This document shows, in pieces, positions 26,594 through 35,574 of a DNA stretch of 64,000 nt. Both the position numbers and the translations under genes were made by a program. How positions within the stretch are numbered: the stretch's first letter is position 1; the number at the start of each line of letters is the position of its first letter. Origin of the DNA: an uncultured Rhodospirillaceae bacterium (GTDB lineage Bacteria > Pseudomonadota > Alphaproteobacteria > UBA9219); the NCBI GenBank assembly GCA_964390005.1, contig CAYMGM010000002.1, forward strand, positions 72,796 to 136,795, written 5' to 3'. Under the pieces are notes generated by a model that was given only the letters and a program-made list of their open reading frames with translations, did not search any database and had not been told where the DNA came from.

Positions 26594-26728
26594 GAGACAA
26601 CCCTAGCGCAGAGATAAGGAAATCAACAACATTAGGAGCAAACAAACCAAGCTCCTTTGCCAGTAAAATCGTCCGTTTGGCCGCTTGAGGTGGCAGGAAG
26701 ACAATAAGAACAAGAAAGGCCTTTAACT

Positions 26729-26971
26729 TCATTTCTGGCCTCCCGTCTCAGAAGTGCTGCATCGTGGCGAGCTTAGGCGGTTTTCAGCCCAATCCAAGGC
26801 ATCGCCCCAACGATAGAGAACTCTTGAGCCAAAGGTTCTGAAGATCGGCCCCCCGCCCCGGCTTGCTTTCGTGGCTAATGTCTTGGCCTTAACCGGAAAC
26901 CCACAAGCTGTTAAGGCGGCAGCCGTAGCTTCACGGGTTAAAAAATCGTCTGGATTATTTAGTGTTTTCAT
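26729..26971 (-). CDS. alpA: AlpA-family phage transcriptional regulator/excisionase-like HTH protein
   Basis: An 80-aa protein with LTREATAAALTACGFPVKAKTLATKASRGGGPIFRTFGSRVLYRWGDALDW, typical of AlpA/Xis-type winged-helix regulators. Confidence 0.55.
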   Translation of the reverse strand: MKTLNNPDDFLTREATAAALTACGFPVKAKTLATKASRGGGPIFRTFGSRVLYRWGDALDWAENRLSSPRCSTSETGGQK

Positions 26972-27060
26972 AAGACCACCATGTAATTTTCGATGGTCAT
27001 ATTATTTCATTCTACAACTATTGATTTCAATTAATTATAACTATTGTGTGCATTTACTTT

Positions 27061-27112
27061 GTAAAAGTCTGACAGACATTAACGTGTTTTCGTAAAGTCT
27101 GGCCCAGACATT
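27061..27112. promoter_or_regulatory. two adjacent about 23-bp operator-like direct repeats, each an internal palindrome (GTCTG-A-CAGAC and GTCTGG-C-CCAGAC), upstream of alpA
   Basis: Read directly: aaagtctgacagacattaacgtg / aaagtctggcccagacattaatac in the AT-rich alpA leader. Confidence 0.4.
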
Positions 27113-27273
27113 AATACAAGCCTGAAACGAAATAGTCATGAACACCTAGATCGCAACCAAAAACCAACAATGCAAACCTGTCGTACTGGACACGCTTTTT
27201 AACATATCGATTCGCCCCAACGCCTTTCTGGCCACCTGTCACTGTTTCACTCGCTCGCCTTCGCACCTTGAAA

Positions 27274-28011
27274 CTAACGCGCCTTCTTTGCCGTGGACAG
27301 GGCTCTTGCGACAGAACTTTCTGCATACCTCTTGATTGAACCATCGCTTTTGGGTCTCCCGGTGCCTTCCATGATCGTTTTTATTTGCTTCCGAACAGGC
27401 ATTCTTAAAAAATCAACATTATTGAGAGCCTGTTCTATTGCATCTCTAAGGTTGAGTTGTCCCTGATCCCCTCTTTGTTTGTTACGCCCGCTTCCTTTCG
27501 ACCTCCCCTCATCCATTCGCAAACGTTGTTTTGCATATGCCGCAGCGACGATAAGATTACCGATGGATCCATCCAACTCTCCCCGTTCATCTTTTCTTTC
27601 AGGAAAAAAGTCCCAAATACTTACCATTCCATCTATTTTGTAAAAATCTGCCATTTCCATCAAAGCAAAGGCGTATTCATTGTCAAAACAATTACGAACC
27701 ACGTTTATCAGCTTTCCAAAAGGTTCCATTAAAAAACGTTCTTCGTCCGTAAGTGTCGGATCGATCATAACGTCGCCCCACCTCCTATCATCTGTTGAAT
27801 CCACAAATGTGCGGACCACTCGTATATCGGGAAGATTTGAATCTTCAATCTTTTCATACAGGGCCGGATTTTTCTTCGCGACGAACTCAATGTGAGAGAT
27901 GAAGCAGCTTTCGACCTCATTTTCGATCCAATCCGCGACTTGCCTGCCAATATTTTCATAAAACTCTTTCTCGCCCGCTTTCTTCGCCTTCTGTTCTGTC
28001 TTTCGTGTCAT
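27274..28011 (-). CDS. hypothetical protein (245 aa), translationally coupled downstream of int
   Basis: A 4-nt overlap with the int stop. AT-rich. No motif recognised. Confidence 0.5.
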   Translation of the reverse strand: MTRKTEQKAKKAGEKEFYENIGRQVADWIENEVESCFISHIEFVAKKNPALYEKIEDSNLPDIRVVRTFVDSTDDRRWGDVMIDPTLTDEERFLMEPFGKLINVVRNCFDNEYAFALMEMADFYKIDGMVSIWDFFPERKDERGELDGSIGNLIVAAAYAKQRLRMDEGRSKGSGRNKQRGDQGQLNLRDAIEQALNNVDFLRMPVRKQIKTIMEGTGRPKSDGSIKRYAESSVARALSTAKKAR

Positions 28012-29300
28012 TTTCTTCCCCTTTGACGCATTGGAAGTATGTCTGCGGAATAATGAAAAGCCCCCATCATCTCTCCAACCTTATTCGCGATCACATCTGC
28101 GGCTGCAAGCAAAACCATATCTGCCGAATGAATATATCGCGATGTTATTGAATGCCCTTTATGCCCGACAAGAGCGGCAATCGTGGGCTCGGAATAACCT
28201 AGGTCGGCGGCCAGAGAAGCAAAAGAGTGGCGCAAAACGTGTGGCGTAATATCAGTATTAAGTTCACCCATTTTGGCAATCTTGGCCCAGAATTTTGGAA
28301 ACCCAACCATCGTGCCACGGCCTCGCGAAGCCGGAAAAACAAGATCATTTCCATCCCGCATCTTAATTCCCTTAAGAACATCGCATGCGGCCATCGAAAG
28401 TGGACGAATAGATAGGCCTGTTTTGGTATCTTCTAATGTTGCGGTTCTGTGCGCAAAGTCTATTTCTTTCCATTTAAGATTTAAGACCTCTCCACTGCGC
28501 CAACCCGTCAAAGCGAGCAAGCGCACAGCACACAAAGCTGGCGGCCAAACATCGTTCAATTCGGCTTTTCTTAACGCCGTTCCCAGCGCGTTAAATTCAT
28601 CTTCAGATAGACGTCTTTGTCGCTTTCCGTCTGCATAACGAATAACCCCATGAACCGGATTATCCAGACGCAAGCCGAGCTTAATCGCATAGGCAAATAT
28701 GGCACCTAAAAGACCAACCGTTCGGCTGGCCGCACCCTTGCCACCACGCACATTTGAAAGAGCATGTTTCTTTTCGCCTTTAATCTTACATGCCGTCTTT
28801 CCTTCGGCCACCTTGTGCATAAACGCTTCAATATCGTTTTGCGTAACTGCAGCAACCTTCATTTTCCCTAAAAGTGGCCTAATATGTCTTTCAATGCGCC
28901 CCTTATCAGATATAAGGGTACTCGCCTTCTTGGGAATCTTACGCCGCGTTAATAGCCTCCCGGCTTCAGCATCTTTCCAGTATTTGTCACATAGGTCAGC
29001 AACGGTTGGAGCTTTGCGTGCTTCCCCTTTTTCTGTGGCGGGATCTAGCCCCTTGGAAACATCCCCCAAAAGCTCACGCGCCTTTTCTCGCGCCATATCC
29101 GGTGTCCAAGGCGCACCATGGCGACCTATCGTGAACCAACGCTGACGACCTTCTTTGGTTCTATAAAAAAGAACGTACGAAACGGCATCCCCTTTCTGAC
29201 GCCGCGCTCCAAATCCCTTTACGGTCGTATCCCAAATAATATCTCCAGCACCTAAGGAGCGTATCTCTCGCAATCCGATCTTTATTGTTTTTGTCGTCAC
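28008..29300 (-). CDS. int: tyrosine site-specific integrase (P4-type, with N-terminal arm-binding domain)
   Basis: C-terminal HVLRHSFASLAADLGYSEPTIAALVGHKGHSITSRYIH gives the R-H-R-Y catalytic tetrad. GTG start. Lies adjacent to attR. Confidence 0.85.
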   Translation of the reverse strand: MTTKTIKIGLREIRSLGAGDIIWDTTVKGFGARRQKGDAVSYVLFYRTKEGRQRWFTIGRHGAPWTPDMAREKARELLGDVSKGLDPATEKGEARKAPTVADLCDKYWKDAEAGRLLTRRKIPKKASTLISDKGRIERHIRPLLGKMKVAAVTQNDIEAFMHKVAEGKTACKIKGEKKHALSNVRGGKGAASRTVGLLGAIFAYAIKLGLRLDNPVHGVIRYADGKRQRRLSEDEFNALGTALRKAELNDVWPPALCAVRLLALTGWRSGEVLNLKWKEIDFAHRTATLEDTKTGLSIRPLSMAACDVLKGIKMRDGNDLVFPASRGRGTMVGFPKFWAKIAKMGELNTDITPHVLRHSFASLAADLGYSEPTIAALVGHKGHSITSRYIHSADMVLLAAADVIANKVGEMMGAFHYSADILPMRQRGRK

Positions 29301-29323
29301 AGCAAAACCCTTTGTTTGGTTGC

Positions 29324-29346
29324 TTAGCTAGCAATTAGCTAGCTAA
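29324..29346. promoter_or_regulatory. palindrome TTAGCTAGC-AATTA-GCTAGCTAA, 24 bp upstream of the int start and about 110 bp inside attR
   Basis: Read directly. Related to the AGCTAGC palindrome near attL. Confidence 0.45.
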
Positions 29347-29457
29347 CTTTAGCACAAACACGCAACCAAAGGCAAAGCCCAACAAACAAATACAACGTGT
29401 TTTGTTGGATAAATCAAATTCGATCCGCTTGCTAGGAATAATTGCAAACGCTAAGAT

Positions 29458-29509
29458 TCGCCCTCCGAAGGCGAAGGCCGTGTGTTCGAATCACATCGGG
29501 TCCGCCATA
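29458..29509. repeat. attR: 52-bp direct repeat copy of the tRNA-Arg 3' half
   Basis: Identical to 19035..19086. Confidence 0.85.
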
Positions 29510-29558
29510 GAAGCTATTGTTCGCCCTCATCAGGCATGCGATGCGTTTTGAGCCTGCC

Positions 29559-30356
29559 TTACGAACATGTCCACGAAAAATAGACCCATCCGCAGCCGCT
29601 GTTACAGCAGCCGGACCATGTGTTGTAATACTGCGTGTCGGCGGCAATCGCCCCGTAATTAAACGACGTCAAGCAGCCACAAGTATTGCCGATGCTCAAT
29701 GAAAAATTGGGGACGCCATATGTTGCATTCGTATTCACACACGAAGGCGTCACCGTCGGCGATGCGTTCGACCCCGAACAACTCCACATCGGTTGAATCC
29801 ACATGCGCCACTCAGACGTTCCGCATGCGCCGCTTCCAATTTCTGAATACTGCGAAACACCATTATTCAGCCTTTGGGCTGGTGCTGTCCAATCACCGCC
29901 GCAACACACCCCAGCGCGAATATTGATTGTTACATAGCCAAAGGATCCATCGGCTTTTTTACAAATATTCTCACGCAAGGGAAATGAACTGCCGCTTTGC
30001 CCCATCGTCTGCCAAGACGTGCCATTACAGGCTTCAAAGGCCGTCCCGTTCCACTGAAGAACCCCAGCGTGTGAGGCATCACAGGCCACCGAGCTATTTC
30101 CAAGCGACAAAGAGGCGCGCTTCCATACGCCGCCCGAACATTGAAAGATTGTATCCCAATCCACACCGCTAGCGCCTTCTGAAGAACAGGCTGTGCCATA
30201 GTCATGTTTTTCATTATCAACTTTGGCCGCGCGCGCTGGCGACAGGCCGCACAAAAAGATAAGACAAAGAAAGACAGCCCACAGATGTTTCTTGCTTTGA
30301 CGATACAAAAGAAGATAAGGCATCATGATAAACCACCTCAAAGGACGGCGTCCCAT
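29559..30356 (-). CDS. secreted Cys/Trp/Gly-rich repeat protein of unknown function (start probably MMPYLLLY)
   Basis: Signal peptide. At least four internal about 27-aa repeats with the pattern C-x5-G-x2-W-x6-C-x-G-x-W. Ends CCNSGCGWVYFSWTCS. Lies immediately outside attR. Confidence 0.5.
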   Translation of the reverse strand: MGRRPLRWFIMMPYLLLYRQSKKHLWAVFLCLIFLCGLSPARAAKVDNEKHDYGTACSSEGASGVDWDTIFQCSGGVWKRASLSLGNSSVACDASHAGVLQWNGTAFEACNGTSWQTMGQSGSSFPLRENICKKADGSFGYVTINIRAGVCCGGDWTAPAQRLNNGVSQYSEIGSGACGTSEWRMWIQPMWSCSGSNASPTVTPSCVNTNATYGVPNFSLSIGNTCGCLTSFNYGAIAADTQYYNTWSGCCNSGCGWVYFSWTCS

Positions 30357-30455
30357 CTTAGAGAAAGGAGAGAAAGGTCTATCTATTCATATAAAATAAC
30401 ACAAATATTTTCCTCTACAAAACACCATCGCAACGACAGGAAGATGGGATCCATT

Positions 30456-31286
30456 TCATTCCGTTAAAAATCCATTATTATTGGAATCGATCCACTTTAA
30501 AATGACTCGTACCATTCCGCGATCGAACATATCGCTGTGCGCGCCTTGGGGATCGAAATAATATTGTTTCGGCTCATTGGCCAAGGCATAGAGCGCCCGC
30601 CCCTGCGCGACCGGGACAACCCGATCCAGCCCGCCATTGGCCAACAAAAGAGGCATATGAAGATCCTTGATCTTCGCGCCGCTATCAAAGCGGTCTCGCG
30701 TTAAATATTTAACGGGGAAATAGGGGAAGCGCACTTGCGCCATTTCGGAAATCGACAAAAAAGGCGCGAGCAAAATCAGGCCGCGCGGATGAAAGACACG
30801 CGCCATTTGAACAGCAACGCCCGTTCCCAGCGAATGGCCCCAGAAAATCATGTTGTCTTCGCTGACGCCGCGCGCCTTCAGCGCATTGATCGCGGCGCTG
30901 GCATCGGCGTAGAGACCTGTCTCGGACGGCGCGCCCGGCATGCCGCTATAGCCGCGATACTCGACGATATAAAAGCCATACCCCGCCGCGAGATAAGGCG
31001 CAGCCCATGGCGCTGCCGAGCTTAGATAGGTCGCATTGCCGTGAAAGAAGACGATGGTTTCTTTTTTTGTCGTGGGCGGCGCATACCAGGCTTTCAGTTT
31101 CAACCCGTCTTCGGTCGTCACGTCCATTTCTGAAAAGCGAGGATTGGTATGCGCCGCTTGCGGCGTCTCGTAAGTCGCTGAGGGGAAGAAAAGAAAATGA
31201 CGCTGAAAAGCATAAATCCCGGCCAGCGCCAGCAGATAAGCCAAAACGAGCAAGAAGAAAAAACGGGCGATCTGTTTTTGTTTCAT
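30456..31286 (-). CDS. alpha/beta-fold hydrolase with N-terminal membrane anchor (start taken at MKQKQIARFFF)
   Basis: GHSLGTGVA nucleophile elbow. The ORF-track start was trimmed to avoid a 50-nt overlap with tag. Confidence 0.6.
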   Translation of the reverse strand: MKQKQIARFFFLLVLAYLLALAGIYAFQRHFLFFPSATYETPQAAHTNPRFSEMDVTTEDGLKLKAWYAPPTTKKETIVFFHGNATYLSSAAPWAAPYLAAGYGFYIVEYRGYSGMPGAPSETGLYADASAAINALKARGVSEDNMIFWGHSLGTGVAVQMARVFHPRGLILLAPFLSISEMAQVRFPYFPVKYLTRDRFDSGAKIKDLHMPLLLANGGLDRVVPVAQGRALYALANEPKQYYFDPQGAHSDMFDRGMVRVILKWIDSNNNGFLTE

Positions 31287-31822
31287 TTGTGTTTCCTTGC
31301 TTTTTGCCGCGCCAGTTTTTCTCCCACCGGGCATCCTGCACGGTGCGCGCCGGGCATCAGGCCAAGGCTCATCAAAAACTCATGCACGACTTCGGGGCCT
31401 GTAAAACGAAAGGCTCCGCGAAAGATCTTGGTCCATGTTTTCAGGTCAGGATTGGCGGCTTGGTGGCGATCAAGCCACGCGGCAAAGCCGCCTTCCGATT
31501 GACGCATTTCTTTGATGACCGCTGCGTTACCGATGATCGCTGCGATTTTCAGGCGATTGCGAATAATCCCCTCGTCTGCCAAAAGACGCGCCACATCCTT
31601 TTCGCCAAAACGCGCGACTTTATCGACATCGAAAGCGCGAAAGGCTTTGTTCAGCGGCGCGCGTTTCTTTAAGACAATCTCCCACGACAGGCCCGCTTGC
31701 ATGATTTCAAGTGCTAGCCTTTCGAACAAAACGCGCTCATCGCGCGACGGAAAACCGTATTCGGTATCGTGATAAGGGCCATGCAGTGGATGCCCCGGCG
31801 CGATATCGCAATAGGACGTCAT
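31283..31822 (-). CDS. tag: DNA-3-methyladenine glycosylase I
   Basis: C-x-W...HDTEYGFP...LFERLALEIMQAGLSW and a C-terminal Zn site match Tag. Confidence 0.8.
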   Translation of the reverse strand: MTSYCDIAPGHPLHGPYHDTEYGFPSRDERVLFERLALEIMQAGLSWEIVLKKRAPLNKAFRAFDVDKVARFGEKDVARLLADEGIIRNRLKIAAIIGNAAVIKEMRQSEGGFAAWLDRHQAANPDLKTWTKIFRGAFRFTGPEVVHEFLMSLGLMPGAHRAGCPVGEKLARQKARKHK

Positions 31823-32278
31823 TTAATCGTCCATCGCCGCCGATAAATCCGCCGCCACCTGAATATCGTCGATGACGCCGGGAATGAAGTCGTAAGTTTC
31901 GATCGCATCAAGCGGCATAAAACGGATTTCATCATGCTCGCCAGGGTCGGCTTTCAGTTCATATTCTTCGACGATATCGCATAAGAATTTAAGACCCGGA
32001 ATCTTGGTCTCGCCGTCGTCGATAAAATAAGTGCCAATAACGGCTAGGGGCTCGACCATCACGCCGAACTCTTCGCGGAATTGGCGTTTACAAGCGTCTT
32101 CAAAACGCTCGCCATAACGCACCTGACCGCCGCCGCATTCCCATTTTCCCGGAAACAATTTGCGCGCCTGCGTGCGTTTGGCACACAAGACTTGGCCGTC
32201 TTTCAGGCAAATGCCCGCGACGTGGACTTCGATTTTCTCTAATTCCTTTTCGCGCATCATCTTCCCCCTGAATGCCAA
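31823..32278 (-). CDS. NUDIX hydrolase
   Basis: Nudix box GGGQVRYGERFEDACKRQFREEFGV. Confidence 0.7.
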   Translation of the reverse strand: MAFRGKMMREKELEKIEVHVAGICLKDGQVLCAKRTQARKLFPGKWECGGGQVRYGERFEDACKRQFREEFGVMVEPLAVIGTYFIDDGETKIPGLKFLCDIVEEYELKADPGEHDEIRFMPLDAIETYDFIPGVIDDIQVAADLSAAMDD

Positions 32279-32298
32279 ATGCTAAATGCTGAAGGCTC

Positions 32299-33984
32299 TT
32301 ACTTCACCCGGATCAGGTGAACGTCAAGAACTGGCCGTTTGCCGTGCGTTTGATTAAGCGACCGCTTGGCCCCTTGAACAACCGCGCGTTTGACGGCTTC
32401 GTCATCCAGACGCGACGATTTCGGCATGCTTTCAACCGAATCCAAAACAACTGCGATAATCTCGTCGCGCAAAGCCTCGACGCTATCATTGTCTTCTAGC
32501 CCCAAAAGGCTGACTTGCGGATCGCTGAGGACCATGCCGCGCTGATCGATCACGACCGTGACAACCGCCGCGCCGCTAAAGCTCATCCGGCGGCGGTGTT
32601 TGACGACATCGCGATCCAACATACGCAAGACTTTGCCATCAAGGCCAACGCGACCGACTTGAACTTCACCCACGATTTCGCTGACGCCGGGGCCAAGGCG
32701 CGCGATTTGGCCGTTATCGACCATTAAGACGGCAGGGACTTCGGCTTCTTCTGCCAAATGCGCGTGCGCCGTCCGATGCCGCAATTCGCCGTGGACAGGA
32801 ACCGATAAGGAAGGCCGCAGCCACTGATAAAGCTGTTTAACCTCTTCCTGATGCGCGTGGCCCGAGACGTGAACCAAGGCGCTATCGGGGGTCAAAATCT
32901 CGATCCCCGATTGAATGAGGCCGTTTTGGACGCGCGCAATCGCTTTTTCGTTGCCAGGAATGTTACGCGACGAGAAAATGACCGTATCGCCCTTGTCCAA
33001 CGTCACGCTCGGATGTTCGCCCACCGCAATACGCGACAGGGCCGAGCGCGGCTCGCCCTGACAGCCCGTTGTGATCAACACAACTTTGTCGCGGGGCGCT
33101 TGCATCGCTTCATGTTCACTTAAAAAATCGCTGAACATCGGCAAATAGCCCTGCGCTTCCGCCGTTTCGGCGTTGCGCCACAGCGAGCGTCCGACAAGCG
33201 CGACATAGCGCCCCTGTTCATGCGCCGCTTTCGCAATGCTTTTCATGCGCGCGACATTGCTGGAAAAACAGGTCACGACGATCCTGTTTTTCAATTTGCC
33301 AAACAGATCAATCAGGCAATGCTGGACTTCTTTTTCCGAACGCGAATGGCCGGGGACCATCGCATTGGTCGAATCTGCCATCACCGCCATCACGCCTTCG
33401 CCGCCCAGAGCTTTTAAACGTTCTTCGTCAGTCAAAGCGCCAACAACGGGGTTTCCGTCGAACTTCCAGTCACCGGTATGAACGATGGTGCCGTTGGGCG
33501 TTTTCAGTGCCAACATTCGGGAATCAGGGACCGAATGCGTCACAGGGATCAATTCGCCCTTAAAAGGGCCGATCTCGAACGTTGTATCGGTCAGCGGCAA
33601 ATCCATCAGGCGGACCTGCCCCTTCATGCCCGCTTGCGCCAGTTTGGCGCGCAGCATCGCCGCCGTAAAGGGCGCGGCGTAAACGGGGCATTGCAATTGC
33701 GACCATAAATATTCAATCGCGCCAAAATGATCTTCATGGCCGTGCGTCACGACAATGCCGACTAAATCGTCGCGCCGTTCATAGATAAACGAGATATCCG
33801 GCATGATGATTTCGATCCCCGGCGTCATATCGTCGGGAAACGTCACGCCGCATTCGACCATCAACCATTTGCCGCAAGTGCCGTACAAATACATATTCAT
33901 GCCGATTTCGGCGCAGCCGCCAAGAGGCACCATCCACAGCGCATCTTCTGGTGGTTTGTACGGGTCTTTTTTACGCGAAGCCAT
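32299..33984 (-). CDS. rnj: ribonuclease J (metallo-beta-lactamase / beta-CASP)
   Basis: VVTHGHEDHFGAIEYL (HxHxDH). Length 561 aa with beta-CASP architecture. Conserved next to coaX-birA-nuoN in alphaproteobacteria. Confidence 0.85.
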   Translation of the reverse strand: MASRKKDPYKPPEDALWMVPLGGCAEIGMNMYLYGTCGKWLMVECGVTFPDDMTPGIEIIMPDISFIYERRDDLVGIVVTHGHEDHFGAIEYLWSQLQCPVYAAPFTAAMLRAKLAQAGMKGQVRLMDLPLTDTTFEIGPFKGELIPVTHSVPDSRMLALKTPNGTIVHTGDWKFDGNPVVGALTDEERLKALGGEGVMAVMADSTNAMVPGHSRSEKEVQHCLIDLFGKLKNRIVVTCFSSNVARMKSIAKAAHEQGRYVALVGRSLWRNAETAEAQGYLPMFSDFLSEHEAMQAPRDKVVLITTGCQGEPRSALSRIAVGEHPSVTLDKGDTVIFSSRNIPGNEKAIARVQNGLIQSGIEILTPDSALVHVSGHAHQEEVKQLYQWLRPSLSVPVHGELRHRTAHAHLAEEAEVPAVLMVDNGQIARLGPGVSEIVGEVQVGRVGLDGKVLRMLDRDVVKHRRRMSFSGAAVVTVVIDQRGMVLSDPQVSLLGLEDNDSVEALRDEIIAVVLDSVESMPKSSRLDDEAVKRAVVQGAKRSLNQTHGKRPVLDVHLIRVK

Positions 33985-34001
33985 TGACTTAAACCTTTAT
34001 C

Positions 34002-34799
34002 TTAACGTTTCATTTTTTCTTGTTGAAAGAGATCAAAAACAAGCCGCAGGCCTCGTAAGGTCAAATCAGGCTCGATATACTGGATCGCCGGAACGGGTTC
34101 GCGGAACAACGCCGCAAGGCCCCCTGTTGCGATCACGGTCATGGACGCGGGGCAGGTTTCGGCGAACTCGGTCTGCAGGCGCGTGATCAAGCCTTCGACC
34201 ATTCCGACATAGCCCCAGAAAATACCCGACTGGATCGCCGGAACGGTTGCCTTGCCGATGACTTTTTGCGGACGCGCCATAGCGACCCGCGGCAGTTTGG
34301 CCGCCGCCATATGAAGCGCTTTCAGCGACAAATTGGCCCCTGGCGCAATCGCACCGCCGCAATAATCGCCATTGGCATCGACCAAATCAAACGTTGTCGC
34401 CGTCCCGAAATCCACGATCATCAAAGGCGGCTTATGCGCCGCGCGCGCGGCCAAGGCGTTTAACAGCCTGTCAGCGCCTAATTCCTCTGGGCGGTCGATT
34501 TTGATTTGCATGCCGACGTCAATCGGCGTTTGGCCAATATGTAACGGCTCGGTCTTAAAGTGATCGCGGCATAGTTTCAGCAAATTGAAATTCGCGTCTG
34601 GCACAACGCTGCCCAACACGGCTTCGTGCACATCATCGGGGGTCAGGCCCGCGATAAGCATCATCGGCGTTAAAAAAGCCGCGTATTCATCCGAGGTCCG
34701 CTCGGCATCCGCCGCCATGCGCCACATGCCCCGCAGCACAGCGCCGTCAAACAGGGCAAAGACCGTATTCGTATTGCCCGCATCAATCGCTAGAAGCAT
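34002..34799 (-). CDS. coaX: type III pantothenate kinase
   Basis: N-terminal MLLAIDAGNTNTVFALF (ASKHA fold). Length 265 aa. Confidence 0.8.
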   Translation of the reverse strand: MLLAIDAGNTNTVFALFDGAVLRGMWRMAADAERTSDEYAAFLTPMMLIAGLTPDDVHEAVLGSVVPDANFNLLKLCRDHFKTEPLHIGQTPIDVGMQIKIDRPEELGADRLLNALAARAAHKPPLMIVDFGTATTFDLVDANGDYCGGAIAPGANLSLKALHMAAAKLPRVAMARPQKVIGKATVPAIQSGIFWGYVGMVEGLITRLQTEFAETCPASMTVIATGGLAALFREPVPAIQYIEPDLTLRGLRLVFDLFQQEKMKR

Positions 34800-34811
34800 T
34801 AAAACCTACTT

Positions 34812-35552
34812 TTATGTTGTGTCTGGGAAAAATAAGTCCCCTGCTGCTATAGCTCTTTCTGCGCCGTCCGCCAACCTTAAGATCAGGTGTCCTTCCTCAT
34901 CCAGGCGAACAAATTGGCCCTGAACGACCTCGTCCGGCAGGCGGGCCGTCATTTCGCCCGTTTTGGCCCGGTCGCGCCAAGCCGCGCGAATCGCGCCAAA
35001 GCCTTCGGTTTGAAGCATTTGATCCCAAAAGGCAAAAGCCTTGAGAAAACAGGCCACAACGGCGTCAAGCGACGCCTCGCCCCCCTCGCCCGCCAGCGAG
35101 GTGGTGGGGTACAAAGCCTGCGCCGGGCACGAGACGACATTGATCCCAACCCCAACGACAAGCCACGGAATGTTTTTCTCTTCGTCAGGGGCACCCGTTT
35201 CCAGCAAAAGGCCGCTGATTTTCTTGCCGCCAACCAAAACATCATTGGGCCACTTAATGACAACGTCGGCGGCAGGCAAAAAGGCCTTGACCGTATCAAA
35301 GACCGCCAGCGAAGCGACAAAGCTATAAGCCCCCGCCGAGCGCACTGTCACGGCAGGCCGCAGCAATAACGACACATACATATTGCCGCGCGGCGACGAC
35401 CAAACGCGCCCTTGCCTTCCGCGCCCGGCTGTTTGCTCAAGCGCCTGAATGACAAGGCCGGATTCTTCGCCGGTCTGCCCGGCCATGCGCGCCAAATCGT
35501 TTGTGCTGGTGACAACGTCTTTGACTTGAAGACGGAAGCTATCGGGTATCAT
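34812..35552 (-). CDS. birA: biotin--[acetyl-CoA-carboxylase] ligase (catalytic domain only, no N-terminal HTH)
   Basis: GRGRQGRVW and KWPNDVLVGGKKISGLLLE motifs. Confidence 0.75.
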   Translation of the reverse strand: MIPDSFRLQVKDVVTSTNDLARMAGQTGEESGLVIQALEQTAGRGRQGRVWSSPRGNMYVSLLLRPAVTVRSAGAYSFVASLAVFDTVKAFLPAADVVIKWPNDVLVGGKKISGLLLETGAPDEEKNIPWLVVGVGINVVSCPAQALYPTTSLAGEGGEASLDAVVACFLKAFAFWDQMLQTEGFGAIRAAWRDRAKTGEMTARLPDEVVQGQFVRLDEEGHLILRLADGAERAIAAGDLFFPDTT

Positions 35553-35574
35553 TTAAAACCTTCGTTTCTTGAGA

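Larger units (their letters stand above)
19087..29509. mobile_element. about 10.4-kb integrative element (P4-like satellite or integrative mobilisable island) inserted in tRNA-Arg(CCG)
   Basis: Bounded by the 52-bp direct repeats. Carries a tyrosine integrase, AlpA, a P4-alpha-like primase and an iteron cluster. The left 4.5 kb is markedly AT-richer than the flanks. Confidence 0.75.
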
